DNA from: Nitrospirota bacterium
GTDB taxonomy: Bacteria; Nitrospirota; 9FT-COMBO-42-15; HDB-SIOI813
Length of the DNA stretch: 64,000 nt
Direction of reading: 5' to 3'
Assembly (NCBI GenBank): GCA_016212215.1
Contig: JACRGV010000009.1
Span: 63-64,062, forward strand
The position numbers were made by a program, and so were the translations under genes. Positions 18,329 to 29,166 of the stretch are shown piece after piece (within the stretch, counting starts at the first letter, position 1; each line of letters starts with the position of its first letter). Under the pieces are notes generated by a model. The model saw nothing but the letters and a program-made list of their open reading frames with translations. It had not been told where the DNA came from and did not search any database.

Positions 18329-20249
18329 TAGTCATAAATTGATCAGCCTTGATGTTTGTTAATTTCTGTACAATTCCAGAAGGCCATTGTATTGTAAGAG
18401 TATCAATTGATGAGGCGGTTCCGGTTCCGAAATGCACCGGGCCGCTTCCCTGAGAACGAAGTTCCCCTCCTCCGCCTCCGTTTACTTCCCTGAATTGATT
18501 TTTCCCGTTAATTGTCAAGGTAAGTTTCGCTCCAATTCCAAGACGGTTACTTTTCTTCCCTGCCAATTGAACCTTTAGATAGTGATTAATTTTATTCCTG
18601 TTATTCTTATAAAGAATCACAGGTCCATAAGCTAATGGGTATAGCTCACCAACGCCGTTCTTCAGGATAAGGTCAAGGAAACCGTCGTTGTTATAGTCCC
18701 CCCATGCAGCCCCGAAGTGCCGGTATGAGGCTTTATTATCATCAGTTCCTGTATTGCCTGCAACATCTGTAAATGTCCCATCACCATTATTTTTAAATAA
18801 TATATTAGGGGCACCCCCGGAAATATCTCCTCCATCTACAACGTATAAATCCATGAGGCCGTCATTATCGTAATCACCCCATAAGGCTGTTGAATGTGAT
18901 CCAATTTTATCCATACCGGATATAGTTGTTACATCACTGAAAGTCCCATCTTTATTATTTTTATATAGCGTATCTATGAAACCGGTATCAACGGGTTTAA
19001 AATTTGTTTTGATATTAGTTAAGCTGTTGTCACCTGTTATTTTACCGTAGAATATATTCAGGTTACCGTTACTGCTGTAATATACATGCCAGACATCAGA
19101 CTCATCTTTCCAAATATAAAAACCTATTTCTGATACCGGCAGGATAGTGGGAACACCTGTAAGCCGTTCATCATCTCTTGTTAAAGTAAAAGGCACTGTA
19201 GAAGGGGTTGTTTTCCCGCCCCCTAAAAATATTTTGTTGGGTTGATGTGTATTTTTAATTAATAGATCAAAAGTAACATTACTGCTTTGAGTCTCAAATT
19301 TAATTTCTCCTGCTAATAATTCTATCTCATCTTTAAAATGTATTTCTGATGGTTTTGAAACTAAATTGTGGTAATTAGTGTGAACACCCCGTGCAATGTA
19401 TAAGTCCATATAGCCGTCATTATCGTAATCACCCCAGGAAACACCATTCCCTATTTTCTTCAAAAAACCGGATTCTGATGTTGTTTCAGTAAATGTATGT
19501 GAAGACGGATTATTTTTAAATAACCGGTCATTGTTGATACCTACAACAATCAGATCCATTGTGCCATCATTATTATAATCCGCCCACGAACAAGTCTGGC
19601 CATCAATATTGTCTAACCCGGTTTCTTTTGTTACATCTGTAAATGTTCCATTTCCATTATTTTTATATAATACGCTGGTAGATGCATAGTTTAAAACAAA
19701 CAGGTCAAGAAATCCGTCGTTGTCATAGTCAACCCAGAATGCACTCCTGCCGCGTCCATCGGCATTTTCAACTCCGGCAGTCAAAGTTACATTTGTAAAA
19801 TTTCCATGTCCATCGCCTTTCCAGAGTTCATCAGTTTTGCTGCCGGAGCAATTACCGTGACACCCGCCGTTTGTTATGAACATGTCTAAATTCCCATCGT
19901 TATCGTAGTCACCAATGGCTATGCCGTGACGGTCCTTGCCTCCCACAGGACTAATGCCTGTATTTTTTGTAATATTTTTAAATTTATCATTCCCCTTATT
20001 ATCATAAAAGGTTAGCTTTTCCCAATGTTGATGTATAAGTATGTCCGGTTGATTATTATTATTGAAGTCTGCCCAGATTGGGTTAATAAAACTTAGGCCG
20101 GTCTTTGCCTTACCCAGCACTGTTAATGATGTGACATCTGAAAAGGTTGTTTGCGAATCCTCATTTTTTGGATCATTTAAACACCCGTAGATTAAAATTG
20201 GAAGTATGAGCAGAATAGAAAGATAATACAATGTATTAATATTCTTCAT
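18312..20249 (-). CDS. CRTAC1-family protein (FG-GAP/VCBS repeats + ASPIC/UnbV C-terminal domain), lipoprotein
   Basis: Repeated 'WGDYDNDGxxDLxV' FG-GAP-like blocks. C-terminal 'LKVQLAG...SNRLGIGAKLTLTINGK...REV...GGGELRSQGSGPVHFGTG' is an ASPIC/UnbV domain. Start chosen at ATG 20249 (MKNINTLYYLSILLILPILIYGC, lipobox) to avoid overlap with the upstream paralog. Confidence 0.7.
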   Translation of the reverse strand: MKNINTLYYLSILLILPILIYGCLNDPKNEDSQTTFSDVTSLTVLGKAKTGLSFINPIWADFNNNNQPDILIHQHWEKLTFYDNKGNDKFKNITKNTGISPVGGKDRHGIAIGDYDNDGNLDMFITNGGCHGNCSGSKTDELWKGDGHGNFTNVTLTAGVENADGRGRSAFWVDYDNDGFLDLFVLNYASTSVLYKNNGNGTFTDVTKETGLDNIDGQTCSWADYNNDGTMDLIVVGINNDRLFKNNPSSHTFTETTSESGFLKKIGNGVSWGDYDNDGYMDLYIARGVHTNYHNLVSKPSEIHFKDEIELLAGEIKFETQSSNVTFDLLIKNTHQPNKIFLGGGKTTPSTVPFTLTRDDERLTGVPTILPVSEIGFYIWKDESDVWHVYYSSNGNLNIFYGKITGDNSLTNIKTNFKPVDTGFIDTLYKNNKDGTFSDVTTISGMDKIGSHSTALWGDYDNDGLMDLYVVDGGDISGGAPNILFKNNGDGTFTDVAGNTGTDDNKASYRHFGAAWGDYNNDGFLDLILKNGVGELYPLAYGPVILYKNNRNKINHYLKVQLAGKKSNRLGIGAKLTLTINGKNQFREVNGGGGGELRSQGSGPVHFGTGTASSIDTLTIQWPSGIVQKLTNIKADQFMTINEEE

Positions 20250-20289
20250 TATGTACTGCGTTGCTTTCAACTTAGCTTGCACTAAATGA

Positions 20290-22197
20290 TTACTCAACAA
20301 CTCTTAAAGTTTGGTTCGCCGGTATGTTTGTTAAAATTTGAGTTAATCCGGATGGCCACTTAATTATAAGAGAATTTACGGCCGTTGCAGCACCTGTTCC
20401 GAAATGCACCGGTACGTTGCCTTGAGAATGTAATTCACCGCCGCTGTTAACTTCCCTGTACTGGATTTGACCGTTAATATTTAATATCAACTTTGCACCA
20501 ATGGCAGACCGGTTACTTTGAGTCCCGGTTAACTTAACCTTTAGCCAGTGGCTATTATTTCCATTATTCCTGTAAAGGACATCACTGCCTGTTGCGAGGG
20601 GATATGACATTCCCACACCATTTTTCATGAACAGGTCTAAAAAACCATCATTATTATAATCACCCCATGCAGCACCGAAATGGCGGCTCTGAATATTGCC
20701 CGCATCAATACCATTATAAACAGCGACATTCGTAAATGTACCATTACCATTATTTTTATACAGGAGATTAGGTTTACTTCCTGAAATGTCTCCAGCCTCT
20801 ACAGTATATAGATCTATGAAACCGTCATTATTAAAATCTCCAAAGGCAGATGTTTGATGATTACCAAACTTCCCAACACCTGCTGAATCAGTAACATCAG
20901 TAAAAGTGCCGTTACCGTTATTTTTGTAAAGTGTATCTTTAAATTGAAGTCTTGCAGGGGTAAATGTCGGGACAACTGAGGTAAAACTACCATTACCTGT
21001 TATGACGCCATAATATACAGGCCACTTGTTATATCCGCTGTACCTCAGATGCCATGTGCCTGTATTATCTTTCCAGATATAATAACCTGTGTCTACTCCA
21101 CGGGTGTAAGCAGGCATTCCATCAAGCAAGGGGTCTGATGCAGATATTGTAAATGGCAGAGATGCAGGATTGGTTTTATTCCCTCCGATAAAAATCATGC
21201 CTTTTTGCGCGAGGTTACTAATATAAAGGTCAAAGGTTACACTTCCACTATTGGTAGTAAAATCAACGCCGTCTTCCAAGTTTTCCTCATCTAAGAATGT
21301 AATTTTAGATGCATTCCAGATTAAGACATCCCTCATCTTTTCTATCCCCCGTGAGACATGAAGGTCAGGCAGGCCGTCATTATTATAATCTCCCCAAGCT
21401 GTTCCCATTCCTATCCTCGGGAGAAGACCTGCTTGCGTTGTTATATCAGTGAAGATATGGGAAATGGGGTCATTTCTGAATAACCTGTCCTTTACAACCC
21501 CGGTTACAAGAATGTCCATCGCACCGTCATTATTATAATCTGCCCATGAACAGACCTTACCTGTTATTTTCATTAGGCCGGTTGCTGATGCAACGTTTGT
21601 AAATGTCCCATTGCCGTTATTCCTGTACATTACACTGTTAGTATTATAATTCAAGACAAACAGGTCTAAGAGTCCGTCATTATTATAGTCAACCCAGTAG
21701 GCACTCCTTCCTCGACCGGAGGAGTTTGCAACACCGGCGGCGGTTGTAACGTTTATAAACTTCCCCTGCCCGTTTCCTTTCCATAGTTCATCGCTCTTAC
21801 CGCCTATGCAGTTACCCATGCAGGCTCCATCTGTAATGTATATATCCAAGTTCCCGTCATTATCATAATCTCCCCATGCCATACCATGCCTGTCTACGCC
21901 TGTCACAGGAGTAATGCCTGAAGTTCCAATTATGTTAATAAACTTACCGGAACCATTATTCAGATAAAGAGATAGAGGCCCTACGTGGTGTTGAATAAGA
22001 ATATCAGGATTATCATCATTATTAAAATCACCCCACATCGGGTTATCGTAACTCGCCCCAACCTTCCCGAGTCCTGCTGAAGCAGTAACATTTGTAAAAG
22101 TTGCTGATGCATTAGTTACCTCAAATCCATAATTGATCAAGACAGATATGACGAAAGTAATCGAGCAAATAATAAAACGACACAGTTGTTTCTTCAA
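20290..22197 (-). CDS. CRTAC1-family protein (FG-GAP repeats + ASPIC/UnbV), tandem paralog
   Basis: Same architecture and motif blocks as 18312-20249 (WGDFNNDDNPDIL, ASPIC/UnbV C-terminus). N-terminal signal peptide. Confidence 0.7.
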   Translation of the reverse strand: MKKQLCRFIICSITFVISVLINYGFEVTNASATFTNVTASAGLGKVGASYDNPMWGDFNNDDNPDILIQHHVGPLSLYLNNGSGKFINIIGTSGITPVTGVDRHGMAWGDYDNDGNLDIYITDGACMGNCIGGKSDELWKGNGQGKFINVTTAAGVANSSGRGRSAYWVDYNNDGLLDLFVLNYNTNSVMYRNNGNGTFTNVASATGLMKITGKVCSWADYNNDGAMDILVTGVVKDRLFRNDPISHIFTDITTQAGLLPRIGMGTAWGDYNNDGLPDLHVSRGIEKMRDVLIWNASKITFLDEENLEDGVDFTTNSGSVTFDLYISNLAQKGMIFIGGNKTNPASLPFTISASDPLLDGMPAYTRGVDTGYYIWKDNTGTWHLRYSGYNKWPVYYGVITGNGSFTSVVPTFTPARLQFKDTLYKNNGNGTFTDVTDSAGVGKFGNHQTSAFGDFNNDGFIDLYTVEAGDISGSKPNLLYKNNGNGTFTNVAVYNGIDAGNIQSRHFGAAWGDYNNDGFLDLFMKNGVGMSYPLATGSDVLYRNNGNNSHWLKVKLTGTQSNRSAIGAKLILNINGQIQYREVNSGGELHSQGNVPVHFGTGAATAVNSLIIKWPSGLTQILTNIPANQTLRVVE

Positions 22198-22254
22198 TAC
22201 TTAGCCTCCTTTGTTATTAAAATAACCTTAGGTAAAAAAGGAATGGCAGTCACT

Positions 22255-24405
22255 CTATTTGACTTTATATCCAAGCAGCCATGCACTTGATTGGAATGAA
22301 GGAGACACTGTAAGGCTTTCATTGCTGATTACCTCTACAGCTCCTATGTGGATTTCTCCTGACACCTTGTTCCCGATATTAAATGTTTTAGAATAGGTTG
22401 AACCATTTGATATTAATTTGGACACGCTTTTCCCATCATCATAGAACAGGTAGGCATTAACAGGTACTGATGCAGGGGTAAATATTTCCATCTCAACTGT
22501 GACCTCATTGTTTTTATTCAAGATTGGTAATCCATCGGGTATATTACGGAGTTCTCGGGAGATGCCTGTTTCCCAAAAGACAACCCCTTCCTGATTTTTG
22601 ATTTTAACCCATTTTATTTTGAATTCCGGGTCCGGAGTTCCTGATGATGTCATAATGATTTCATTAGGCGAAATATGTGATACACTCCAGCTTCCATCAT
22701 CATTCTCATGGGCCTTAATATTGGATTTAATAGATATGTTGATATGTTTAGTAGTTGTGCCTAACTTTGCTTCGCCTGCCCCAATCCTTTCGACTTCAAC
22801 GTTTGCTATGGAACCATTGGCATCACCGGCTATATTCTGGAAAGAGATGTCTCCTGACAGGGTTCTTGTCAGTTCAGGCTGAGATGGTATTGTTATTTCA
22901 AAAAGGCTGTTGATTTTCAACAGCTTTTCTAAACTTATTGCATCCTTGATCTTATCAAGGGCTATATTTGACATTGTGCTTCCAGTCGTAAATGTCCATG
23001 AATAGTTATTTACCAATGCATTACCTGCAACGTCTTGAACCCCTGTAGTGATGGTTGCTGTGTATTGAATTTCGTAGCTAAGCGGGGCTGATGGTTTAAA
23101 TGTAGCAGTGCCGTTATTATAAGTAACATTTCCTGCTATCGTGCTGCCATCCGTTTTTTTCAAAGTAAATGTTTCTGTTGTTATGGTAAGTGGGTTCATA
23201 GCTTCAGAGAAGGTTGCAGAGACAGATGTATCAGCACTTATACCGGTAGAATTACCGGCAGGAGCAAACGAATCAAGAATTACTGCCGGTGGTGTGGTAT
23301 CCGGGGTTATGCCTGTAGTAAAGCTCCATGATTTGTTGGATGCCATATAATTGCCGGCCAGGTCCTTTACCCCTGTTGTGATTGTTGCATTGTAGGGAGA
23401 AGAGTCATCGAGAGAGACTGATGGGTTAAAAGTAGCAGTCATTCCATTGTAAGAGACATCTCCTGTAACATCGCTCCCGCCTGATTTAGCCAGAGTGAAT
23501 GTTGTTGTATTTACAGTGGATGTATTAATTGATTCGGAGAATGTTGCTGATATAGAAATGTTAGAAGGAATATCAGTTGTATTATTCTCAGGATATGTAG
23601 AGCTTACAGAAGGTGGTGTAGTATCCTCATCTAAAGCAGAACCGGTAGTGAAAGTCCATGTATAATCATTTGTCATCCCATTTCCTGCTGAATCTTTTAC
23701 TGCGGATGTAATATTTGCAGTGTAGTCAGTTAAATAACTTAATGGGGCTAATGGTTTAAAAGTAGCAGTATTTCCATTATAAGAAACCTCTCCTGTAACA
23801 CTGCTGCCGTCTGTTTTAGTTAAAGTAAATGTTGCTGTTGTTATTGTAGATGGATTGATAGGTTCCGAGAATGTTGCTGTTAAAGAAGCATTGGAAGCAA
23901 CACCTGTAGTATTTCTTTCAGGAGCTGTAGAATTTATAGAAGGAGGTGTAGAATCAGGCGCCGCATCTGTAGTAAAGCTCCATGAGAAACTATTGGTCAT
24001 GTTATTGCCTGATATGTCTTTTATGCCTGTAGTAATTGTTACTGTGTAAGTATTGGAGTGCAAAAGTGAGGCTGTTGGTGTAATGGTAACAGAGGTTCCA
24101 TTATATGTAACTATAATGGGTATATTAGTACCATTTGATGTCATTATAAAATTTGCTGTAATTAATGTGGATGGGTTAATCTGCTCACTGAATACAGCAG
24201 AGATAATTGTATTAATACCTACATCAGTTGAATTATTTGCAGGGGTTGTGGAAGTTACAGCCGGTGGAGTAGTATCAGAAGGTGAGGCACCTGCTGTGGA
24301 ATTTTGTGCACCTCCATTAATAGAACCACAGCCTCCGAACAGAGTCCCCAGAAATAATAATATGATTAAAACCTGTGCATAGGATAAAAGTGACCTCTTT
24401 TTCAT
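22255..24405 (-). CDS. Surface lipoprotein with five tandem bacterial Ig-like (SbsA/Big_5-type) domains + C-terminal beta-rich domain
   Basis: Five ~95-aa repeats 'DTTPP...ST.P..N.T.V....I.A.FSE.INPST...A.F.L.....S.V.G.VSYNG.TATF.P...L...T.Y.A.IT...KD..GN....N.SW.FTT'. Start at ATG 24405 (MKKRSLL...LFGGCGS lipobox) is preceded by a GGGGGA RBS. The track's ORF start at 24492 looks like an artefactual extension. Confidence 0.65.
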   Translation of the reverse strand: MKKRSLLSYAQVLIILLFLGTLFGGCGSINGGAQNSTAGASPSDTTPPAVTSTTPANNSTDVGINTIISAVFSEQINPSTLITANFIMTSNGTNIPIIVTYNGTSVTITPTASLLHSNTYTVTITTGIKDISGNNMTNSFSWSFTTDAAPDSTPPSINSTAPERNTTGVASNASLTATFSEPINPSTITTATFTLTKTDGSSVTGEVSYNGNTATFKPLAPLSYLTDYTANITSAVKDSAGNGMTNDYTWTFTTGSALDEDTTPPSVSSTYPENNTTDIPSNISISATFSESINTSTVNTTTFTLAKSGGSDVTGDVSYNGMTATFNPSVSLDDSSPYNATITTGVKDLAGNYMASNKSWSFTTGITPDTTPPAVILDSFAPAGNSTGISADTSVSATFSEAMNPLTITTETFTLKKTDGSTIAGNVTYNNGTATFKPSAPLSYEIQYTATITTGVQDVAGNALVNNYSWTFTTGSTMSNIALDKIKDAISLEKLLKINSLFEITIPSQPELTRTLSGDISFQNIAGDANGSIANVEVERIGAGEAKLGTTTKHINISIKSNIKAHENDDGSWSVSHISPNEIIMTSSGTPDPEFKIKWVKIKNQEGVVFWETGISRELRNIPDGLPILNKNNEVTVEMEIFTPASVPVNAYLFYDDGKSVSKLISNGSTYSKTFNIGNKVSGEIHIGAVEVISNESLTVSPSFQSSAWLLGYKVK

Positions 24406-24653
24406 TCTCAGTCCCCCGCTTATTACCGTTGATTCATGTTGTATTTTAAGGGTTAACCATTCCAATTCTTTTAGTAATAAAATAGTATGCAAATCTTATG
24501 CCCGAATGTTGCCGGATATTATATGGCAAATGCTAATTATTTTGATATTTTTTGCAGGGGCGAAGAGGGTTTTTTACTGGAATATTTATCAGAGGCGGTG
24601 TTTATGGCATCCGCCTCTGATAAATTATTAAAGAATTTTATGGCAGATACGTT

Positions 24654-25256
24654 CTATTGAGCTACGCGAATTGGCTGAACCTGTATTATGTCAATGCTTT
24701 CTACATCTGTGGTTACATCAGGTATTCCACTTGCATTATTCCGGTGTCTTGCTGTGTATTTTCCCCACACATCAAGCTCTCTAACCATTCCGGAGGCTGC
24801 ATCCGGTGTAACCATTATGACTACAAATCCTTCAATATGTGTATTAAGAGTTACACCCGATGGAAATAGTGACCTGATATCCTGACAATCCACTTCCATG
24901 GCCTGGTCCGAATCCAGAAACTCCTGTTTAATATTTGATATTGGTCCTTTTGTTGTTGATCGTTCAGGAAATGCAACCACGGCCTTTTTAAAGAAATCTA
25001 CCCGTTTTGCTTGTGGATTATGGATGTTTACTGCGGTCTTATACATCCCCTTTACCACATCCGTTCCTTCGATTGTTGCTGTAGATGGATTTGGAGTTGA
25101 CCCGCATACGAACTTGGTAGCATAAGAAAGATATGGTGGGTTGATTACTACTGCGGCTGACGGGTCTACCGCACTGCTTGGAGTAACAACTCCTAGTAAT
25201 CCTATGAGTGTACCTGCCAGAGTAAGACTTAAAGCTAATTTACCTTTTTTATTCAT
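24654..25256 (-). CDS. Secreted hypothetical protein
   Basis: Clear N-terminal signal peptide (MNKKGKLALSLTLAGTLIGLLGVVTPSSA). No recognisable domain. Preferred over the overlapping + strand ORFs. Confidence 0.5.
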   Translation of the reverse strand: MNKKGKLALSLTLAGTLIGLLGVVTPSSAVDPSAAVVINPPYLSYATKFVCGSTPNPSTATIEGTDVVKGMYKTAVNIHNPQAKRVDFFKKAVVAFPERSTTKGPISNIKQEFLDSDQAMEVDCQDIRSLFPSGVTLNTHIEGFVVIMVTPDAASGMVRELDVWGKYTARHRNNASGIPDVTTDVESIDIIQVQPIRVAQ

Positions 25257-25931
25257 GTGTCTCTCCTTTCCTATTTAACTGTATAATTTCCATCTTGGAA
25301 ATAAATAAGGCAATAATTAATGATGAAGCACCTCTGTCCGTTTCACCCCCTTTCTAATAACATTTCCTATATCCTAATAAAAGATAATGCATTTTTAATG
25401 CCAATATAATATAATCAAAAAGCCCTTATTCATTCGGCTGGTAAGTGTTTGAACTTGATTGAGGTTATAACACCTCAAAAAATGTATCGTGAATGTAACT
25501 GTTAAAATAAATTACACCTCTCAATTTATTGCATATCTAATTGATATATAAGAATAATAATATATAAGTTAAATTGAAAAAGGCTCTTTTATAATAATTA
25601 AGTGACAGAAAAATTAACACTAATAGTATCGTTTATAACTAATTGAAAATGCAGTAGAATTAGTTATTAATTGAGAGAAATATATGTTTAAGGGGGGTGT
25701 TTATATGTATTTAAGTGACAGCTTTTTTTACAGTTCAATTATGAGCATGTTGGTCAAAGAAAAAATATTCTTTATAAATCAATAGATTATGTTTATAATA
25801 ATATCTGGTATAAAAAATGCATCAAAAATATTTATAAATTCAGCTATAGAGTTTCAGCATAAGACTCTGCTGAACGGGTAAAATATAAATAATGTTTAAC
25901 AATGAAGAATTTTCAACAAGGGGGATTGAAC

Positions 25932-26729
25932 ATGCGAGGTATTTGGAAAAAGACTATAGTTATTGCGGGGGTTATATTTGGACTTTCATCGGGAATATCG
26001 TATGCTGTTCCAACTGTCCCTCATGAGTTGCTCACAAACGGTGATTTTGCCAGCGGGGCTTTAAGTCCTTGGACTAAAGCATCTGTGGCAGTTGGTACAA
26101 CTGATCCGAATGTAAAAACATTATTAGATAGTGAAATCACATTGATGGATAGTGTTGATAATGCCCCTAATTCTATTGTTGATGCAGGGGGGCATCATGT
26201 CCATGGTCCGGTTTATGTAAGAAGCGGGAGTAGTGATAATTATTTTGTAAGAGGCGGGATACCCAGTAATGAAACCGGTACTCCTCAATTGACAGGCTAT
26301 AGAGTTATTCAATCAAATGACTTCACTATCCCTACCCACACAATAAATACAGATGTATCTTTCTATTGGCGGCTTATGACATGGGATTCAAGTGCTAATG
26401 ATACTACTTGGGCAGTTATAAGAAAATCAGATGATAGTTACGTTGCCCAACCTTGTGGTCAAAAAGGGGGGCTTGATAGAGGAGGACTCCAGGACACTGG
26501 ATGGAAGAATTGTAGTAAGACGTATGATACTACAATATTGACCCCAGGTGAAACATATTTCCTTAGGATGACGCTTTTTACCAACAATGATACTTCTTAT
26601 CCTTCATGGGGTTATGCTGATAGTGTGTCAGTAAAAGCTAATGTTGTACCGGAACCTGCAACGATATTATTACTTGGCGGGGCGTTAGTTGGAATGGGAT
26701 TACTTAAAGGAAGAAGGAAGAATAGTTAG
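25932..26729 (+). CDS. PEP-CTERM sorting-domain protein (exosortase substrate)
   Basis: C-terminus VPEPATILLLGGALVGMGLLKGRRKNS = PEP motif + TM + basic tail. Signal peptide starts at ATG 25932 with a GGGGGA RBS; the track starts at 25902. Confidence 0.7.
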   Translation: MRGIWKKTIVIAGVIFGLSSGISYAVPTVPHELLTNGDFASGALSPWTKASVAVGTTDPNVKTLLDSEITLMDSVDNAPNSIVDAGGHHVHGPVYVRSGSSDNYFVRGGIPSNETGTPQLTGYRVIQSNDFTIPTHTINTDVSFYWRLMTWDSSANDTTWAVIRKSDDSYVAQPCGQKGGLDRGGLQDTGWKNCSKTYDTTILTPGETYFLRMTLFTNNDTSYPSWGYADSVSVKANVVPEPATILLLGGALVGMGLLKGRRKNS

Positions 26730-26761
26730 TTCTTACTTATAAACATTAGAGGAGAAAATGC

Positions 26762-27550
26762 ATGCCGAGCATTAGTCTTGTATTTCCAGCTTATAATGAA
26801 GAAGAGAATATAGTTCAGGCAGTGAAGCAGGCACAGAAGGTTCTCAGCAGGATTGCATCGCCTTGGGAAGTTATAGTTGTTAATGATGGTAGTAAGGACA
26901 AAACAGGAGAGATTATTAATAAACTCTCTAAAAACGACAGCCATGTAAAACCGATTCATCATCCGACTAATTTCGGTTATGGGGCAGCGTTAAAGTCTGG
27001 AATCACTGCGGCCAGATATGATTATGTATTTTTTTGTGATTCTGACCTGCAGTTTGATCTGAAGGAGCTGCCTACTTTTTTAAAACTTATCAGTGATTGC
27101 GACATTGTTATAGGCTACCGTGCAAAACGTCAGGACCCATTTCATAGAAAATTTAATGCATGGGGCTGGAAGATGTTAATCAGGCTTGTGCTTGGGTTGA
27201 AGGTTAAAGATCTTGACTGTGCCTTCAAGCTATTCAGGAGAGAAGTTTTTGACACGATCAAGATTGATGCGGTAGGTGCTATGGTAAATACAGATATACT
27301 TGTACAGTCTCAGAGGTATGGGTTTGAAATGAAACAACATCCTGTGACACATTATCCCCGTTTAAATGGAAAACAGACAGGTGCCAATATCAAGGTGGTA
27401 ATGAAGGCATTCCGTGAATTATGTTCTTTGTATAAAAAATTAAAAGATATCAAACCTGTTGAAGTGCTTGAGTATAAGTTAACAAGAATGGAGGGTGCAA
27501 GATTTAGCAGCGCAAATAGAAGAAAAATCGACAGGAAAGTTGCTGGTTAG
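26762..27550 (+). CDS. GT2 glycosyltransferase, dolichyl/polyprenyl-phosphate mannose(glucose) synthase-like
   Basis: 'SLVFPAYNEEENI...VIVVNDGSKDKTGEI...CDSDLQ...' DxD GT-A fold blocks typical of DPM1-like enzymes. Confidence 0.75.
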   Translation: MPSISLVFPAYNEEENIVQAVKQAQKVLSRIASPWEVIVVNDGSKDKTGEIINKLSKNDSHVKPIHHPTNFGYGAALKSGITAARYDYVFFCDSDLQFDLKELPTFLKLISDCDIVIGYRAKRQDPFHRKFNAWGWKMLIRLVLGLKVKDLDCAFKLFRREVFDTIKIDAVGAMVNTDILVQSQRYGFEMKQHPVTHYPRLNGKQTGANIKVVMKAFRELCSLYKKLKDIKPVEVLEYKLTRMEGARFSSANRRKIDRKVAG

Positions 27551-27644
27551 CATTTCTCCTTCAAATTCAGTAGAATGGACACAGGTGATCAGTTATCACC
27601 AGATAAATCATTAAAACAGCGAAAAAAATATAGGGGGGCGTAAT

Positions 27645-28091
27645 ATGAAAAAGAAAAAGATTTTATTGTTTAGTATATTTGTTTTATTAGTTTCATTGTG
27701 GTCTGTTGATAGTCATGCAGTTACAAGACGTGTAGGCAGCCTTGAATTTACCTGCAATGGACCTTGTGCGCCGGTTGGAATGGTTATCTTGAATCACTTA
27801 GATACACTAAGGCCATCTATAAACTTCCCTTTATCATCAGGTTCTACAGGAGTCGGTGAATTTACAACTCCTTGGGGAATAGTTATTCAAGGAAGTGTTA
27901 TTATTGGCGACACACTAATTAATATAACTAACACAGATAATCTGCTGCCTCTTAGTATAAATGTAAAATTGTATGATAAAGATGGGGTTATTGGTACTGG
28001 TTGCAGTAAAACTCTTAATATCGGTGCAAATAAAACGATCTTACTCGCTACAAGGACTTGGATGTCAACATGTCCGTTAGTTATTCCTTAG
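27645..28091 (+). CDS. Small secreted Cys-containing hypothetical protein
   Basis: Signal peptide MKKKKILLFSIFVLLVSLWSVDSHA. No known domain recognised. Confidence 0.45.
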   Translation: MKKKKILLFSIFVLLVSLWSVDSHAVTRRVGSLEFTCNGPCAPVGMVILNHLDTLRPSINFPLSSGSTGVGEFTTPWGIVIQGSVIIGDTLINITNTDNLLPLSINVKLYDKDGVIGTGCSKTLNIGANKTILLATRTWMSTCPLVIP

Positions 28092-28182
28092 TTTAGTAAT
28101 AATATTATGCGGCAAATGACCTAAACTATGCGGTATGGTTTCCATGAGATGTATTTAGTAAGGAAAATACAGTGGATTAAAT

Positions 28183-29166
28183 GTGTGTTTAATCTATAAA
28201 ATAACAAGCAGATGTTTGCTAAGGTTTTACATATTAATTATTGTTGCAGGTATATCTTTTGCTCATTCGGCAGAAGGGGCAACAAGCAATAGTAATGTTT
28301 TTCTAAAAACTAACAATAACTTATACACTGTTAAGGCAACAGATGTATCACTTTTAAAACTCCTCCAGGAAATTACAACACAAACCGGGATAAAGGTATA
28401 TGGGGATACAAGCCTTTCATCTGAAATTATTACAGTAGATATTAGTGATGCTGCAATTGATGACCTTTTAAAGAAGATATTAGATAAATACAATTTTGCC
28501 TTTGTATTCTCATCAAAAGACATAGTTAATGGCAATTCAAACCCAGTCAGACTAAAAGAGGCATGGATATTCTCAAATGATAAAAAAGGGGGTGGAGGCG
28601 CCCCTTTCAGAGAGATTGCTTCCAGACAAGAGACATATACTTACCAGCCTCCAAAAGAAGTTTCAGATAGACCTAATGACACGGTTTTTAACCAGAATCT
28701 AAAGTTAAGAGAAATTCAGAATGTTAATAATCAGGACCCTGCGAGTATTCCGGCTCTATTAAATTTACTTAAAGATCCCAATCAGTCTGTCCGGCTTGCA
28801 GCTATGGACACACTCAGCAATTTTGGGCCTCTGATCCCGGTGGATCAATTGGTAAATATAGCATTTAATCATGAAGACCCTCAGATGAGGATTGCAGTAT
28901 TGGGAATGGGTATAGACATACCGAATGAGGCTATTGTAGAACATGTTCTTCATGACCCATCTCCGCAGGTAAGGCTTGAGGCCCTTCAGATACTTGGCGG
29001 TAGTGAGAACATTGAAGAGGTGGCAAGGCATGCACTGAATGACCCTGACCCGTCTGTCCAGGATGCAGCAAGAGAGATATTAAGAGGTATTTCCGAAGAA
29101 AATTCCGCACCTCCCCAAGAGGAAGAGGATTTGAATATCACAGATGGTATGGATGAAGAGCATTAA
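28183..29166 (+). CDS. HEAT/PBS-lyase-repeat protein with N-terminal STN-like domain
   Basis: Four 'DP(N/S/D)xxVRxxA...LG' HEAT-like repeats (DPNQSVRLAAMDTL, EDPQMRIAVLGMG, DPSPQVRLEALQILG, DPDPSVQDAAREILRG). The N-terminal 'LLKLLQEITTQTGIKVY...DAAIDDLLKKIL' resembles a secretin/TonB N-terminal domain. Confidence 0.55.
   Translation: MCLIYKITSRCLLRFYILIIVAGISFAHSAEGATSNSNVFLKTNNNLYTVKATDVSLLKLLQEITTQTGIKVYGDTSLSSEIITVDISDAAIDDLLKKILDKYNFAFVFSSKDIVNGNSNPVRLKEAWIFSNDKKGGGGAPFREIASRQETYTYQPPKEVSDRPNDTVFNQNLKLREIQNVNNQDPASIPALLNLLKDPNQSVRLAAMDTLSNFGPLIPVDQLVNIAFNHEDPQMRIAVLGMGIDIPNEAIVEHVLHDPSPQVRLEALQILGGSENIEEVARHALNDPDPSVQDAAREILRGISEENSAPPQEEEDLNITDGMDEEH

Noticed and set aside
24406-24492. 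Upstream extension of the Ig-like protein ORF (MHTILLLKELEW…)
   Set aside because: The internal ATG at 24405 is preceded by a GGGGGA RBS and begins a classic lipoprotein signal. The extension has no signal-peptide character.
24657-25125. Three + strand ORFs (70, 65, 75 aa) overlapping 24654-25256
   Set aside because: The minus-strand ORF has a clean signal peptide and is longer; the + strand ORFs are short and overlapping.
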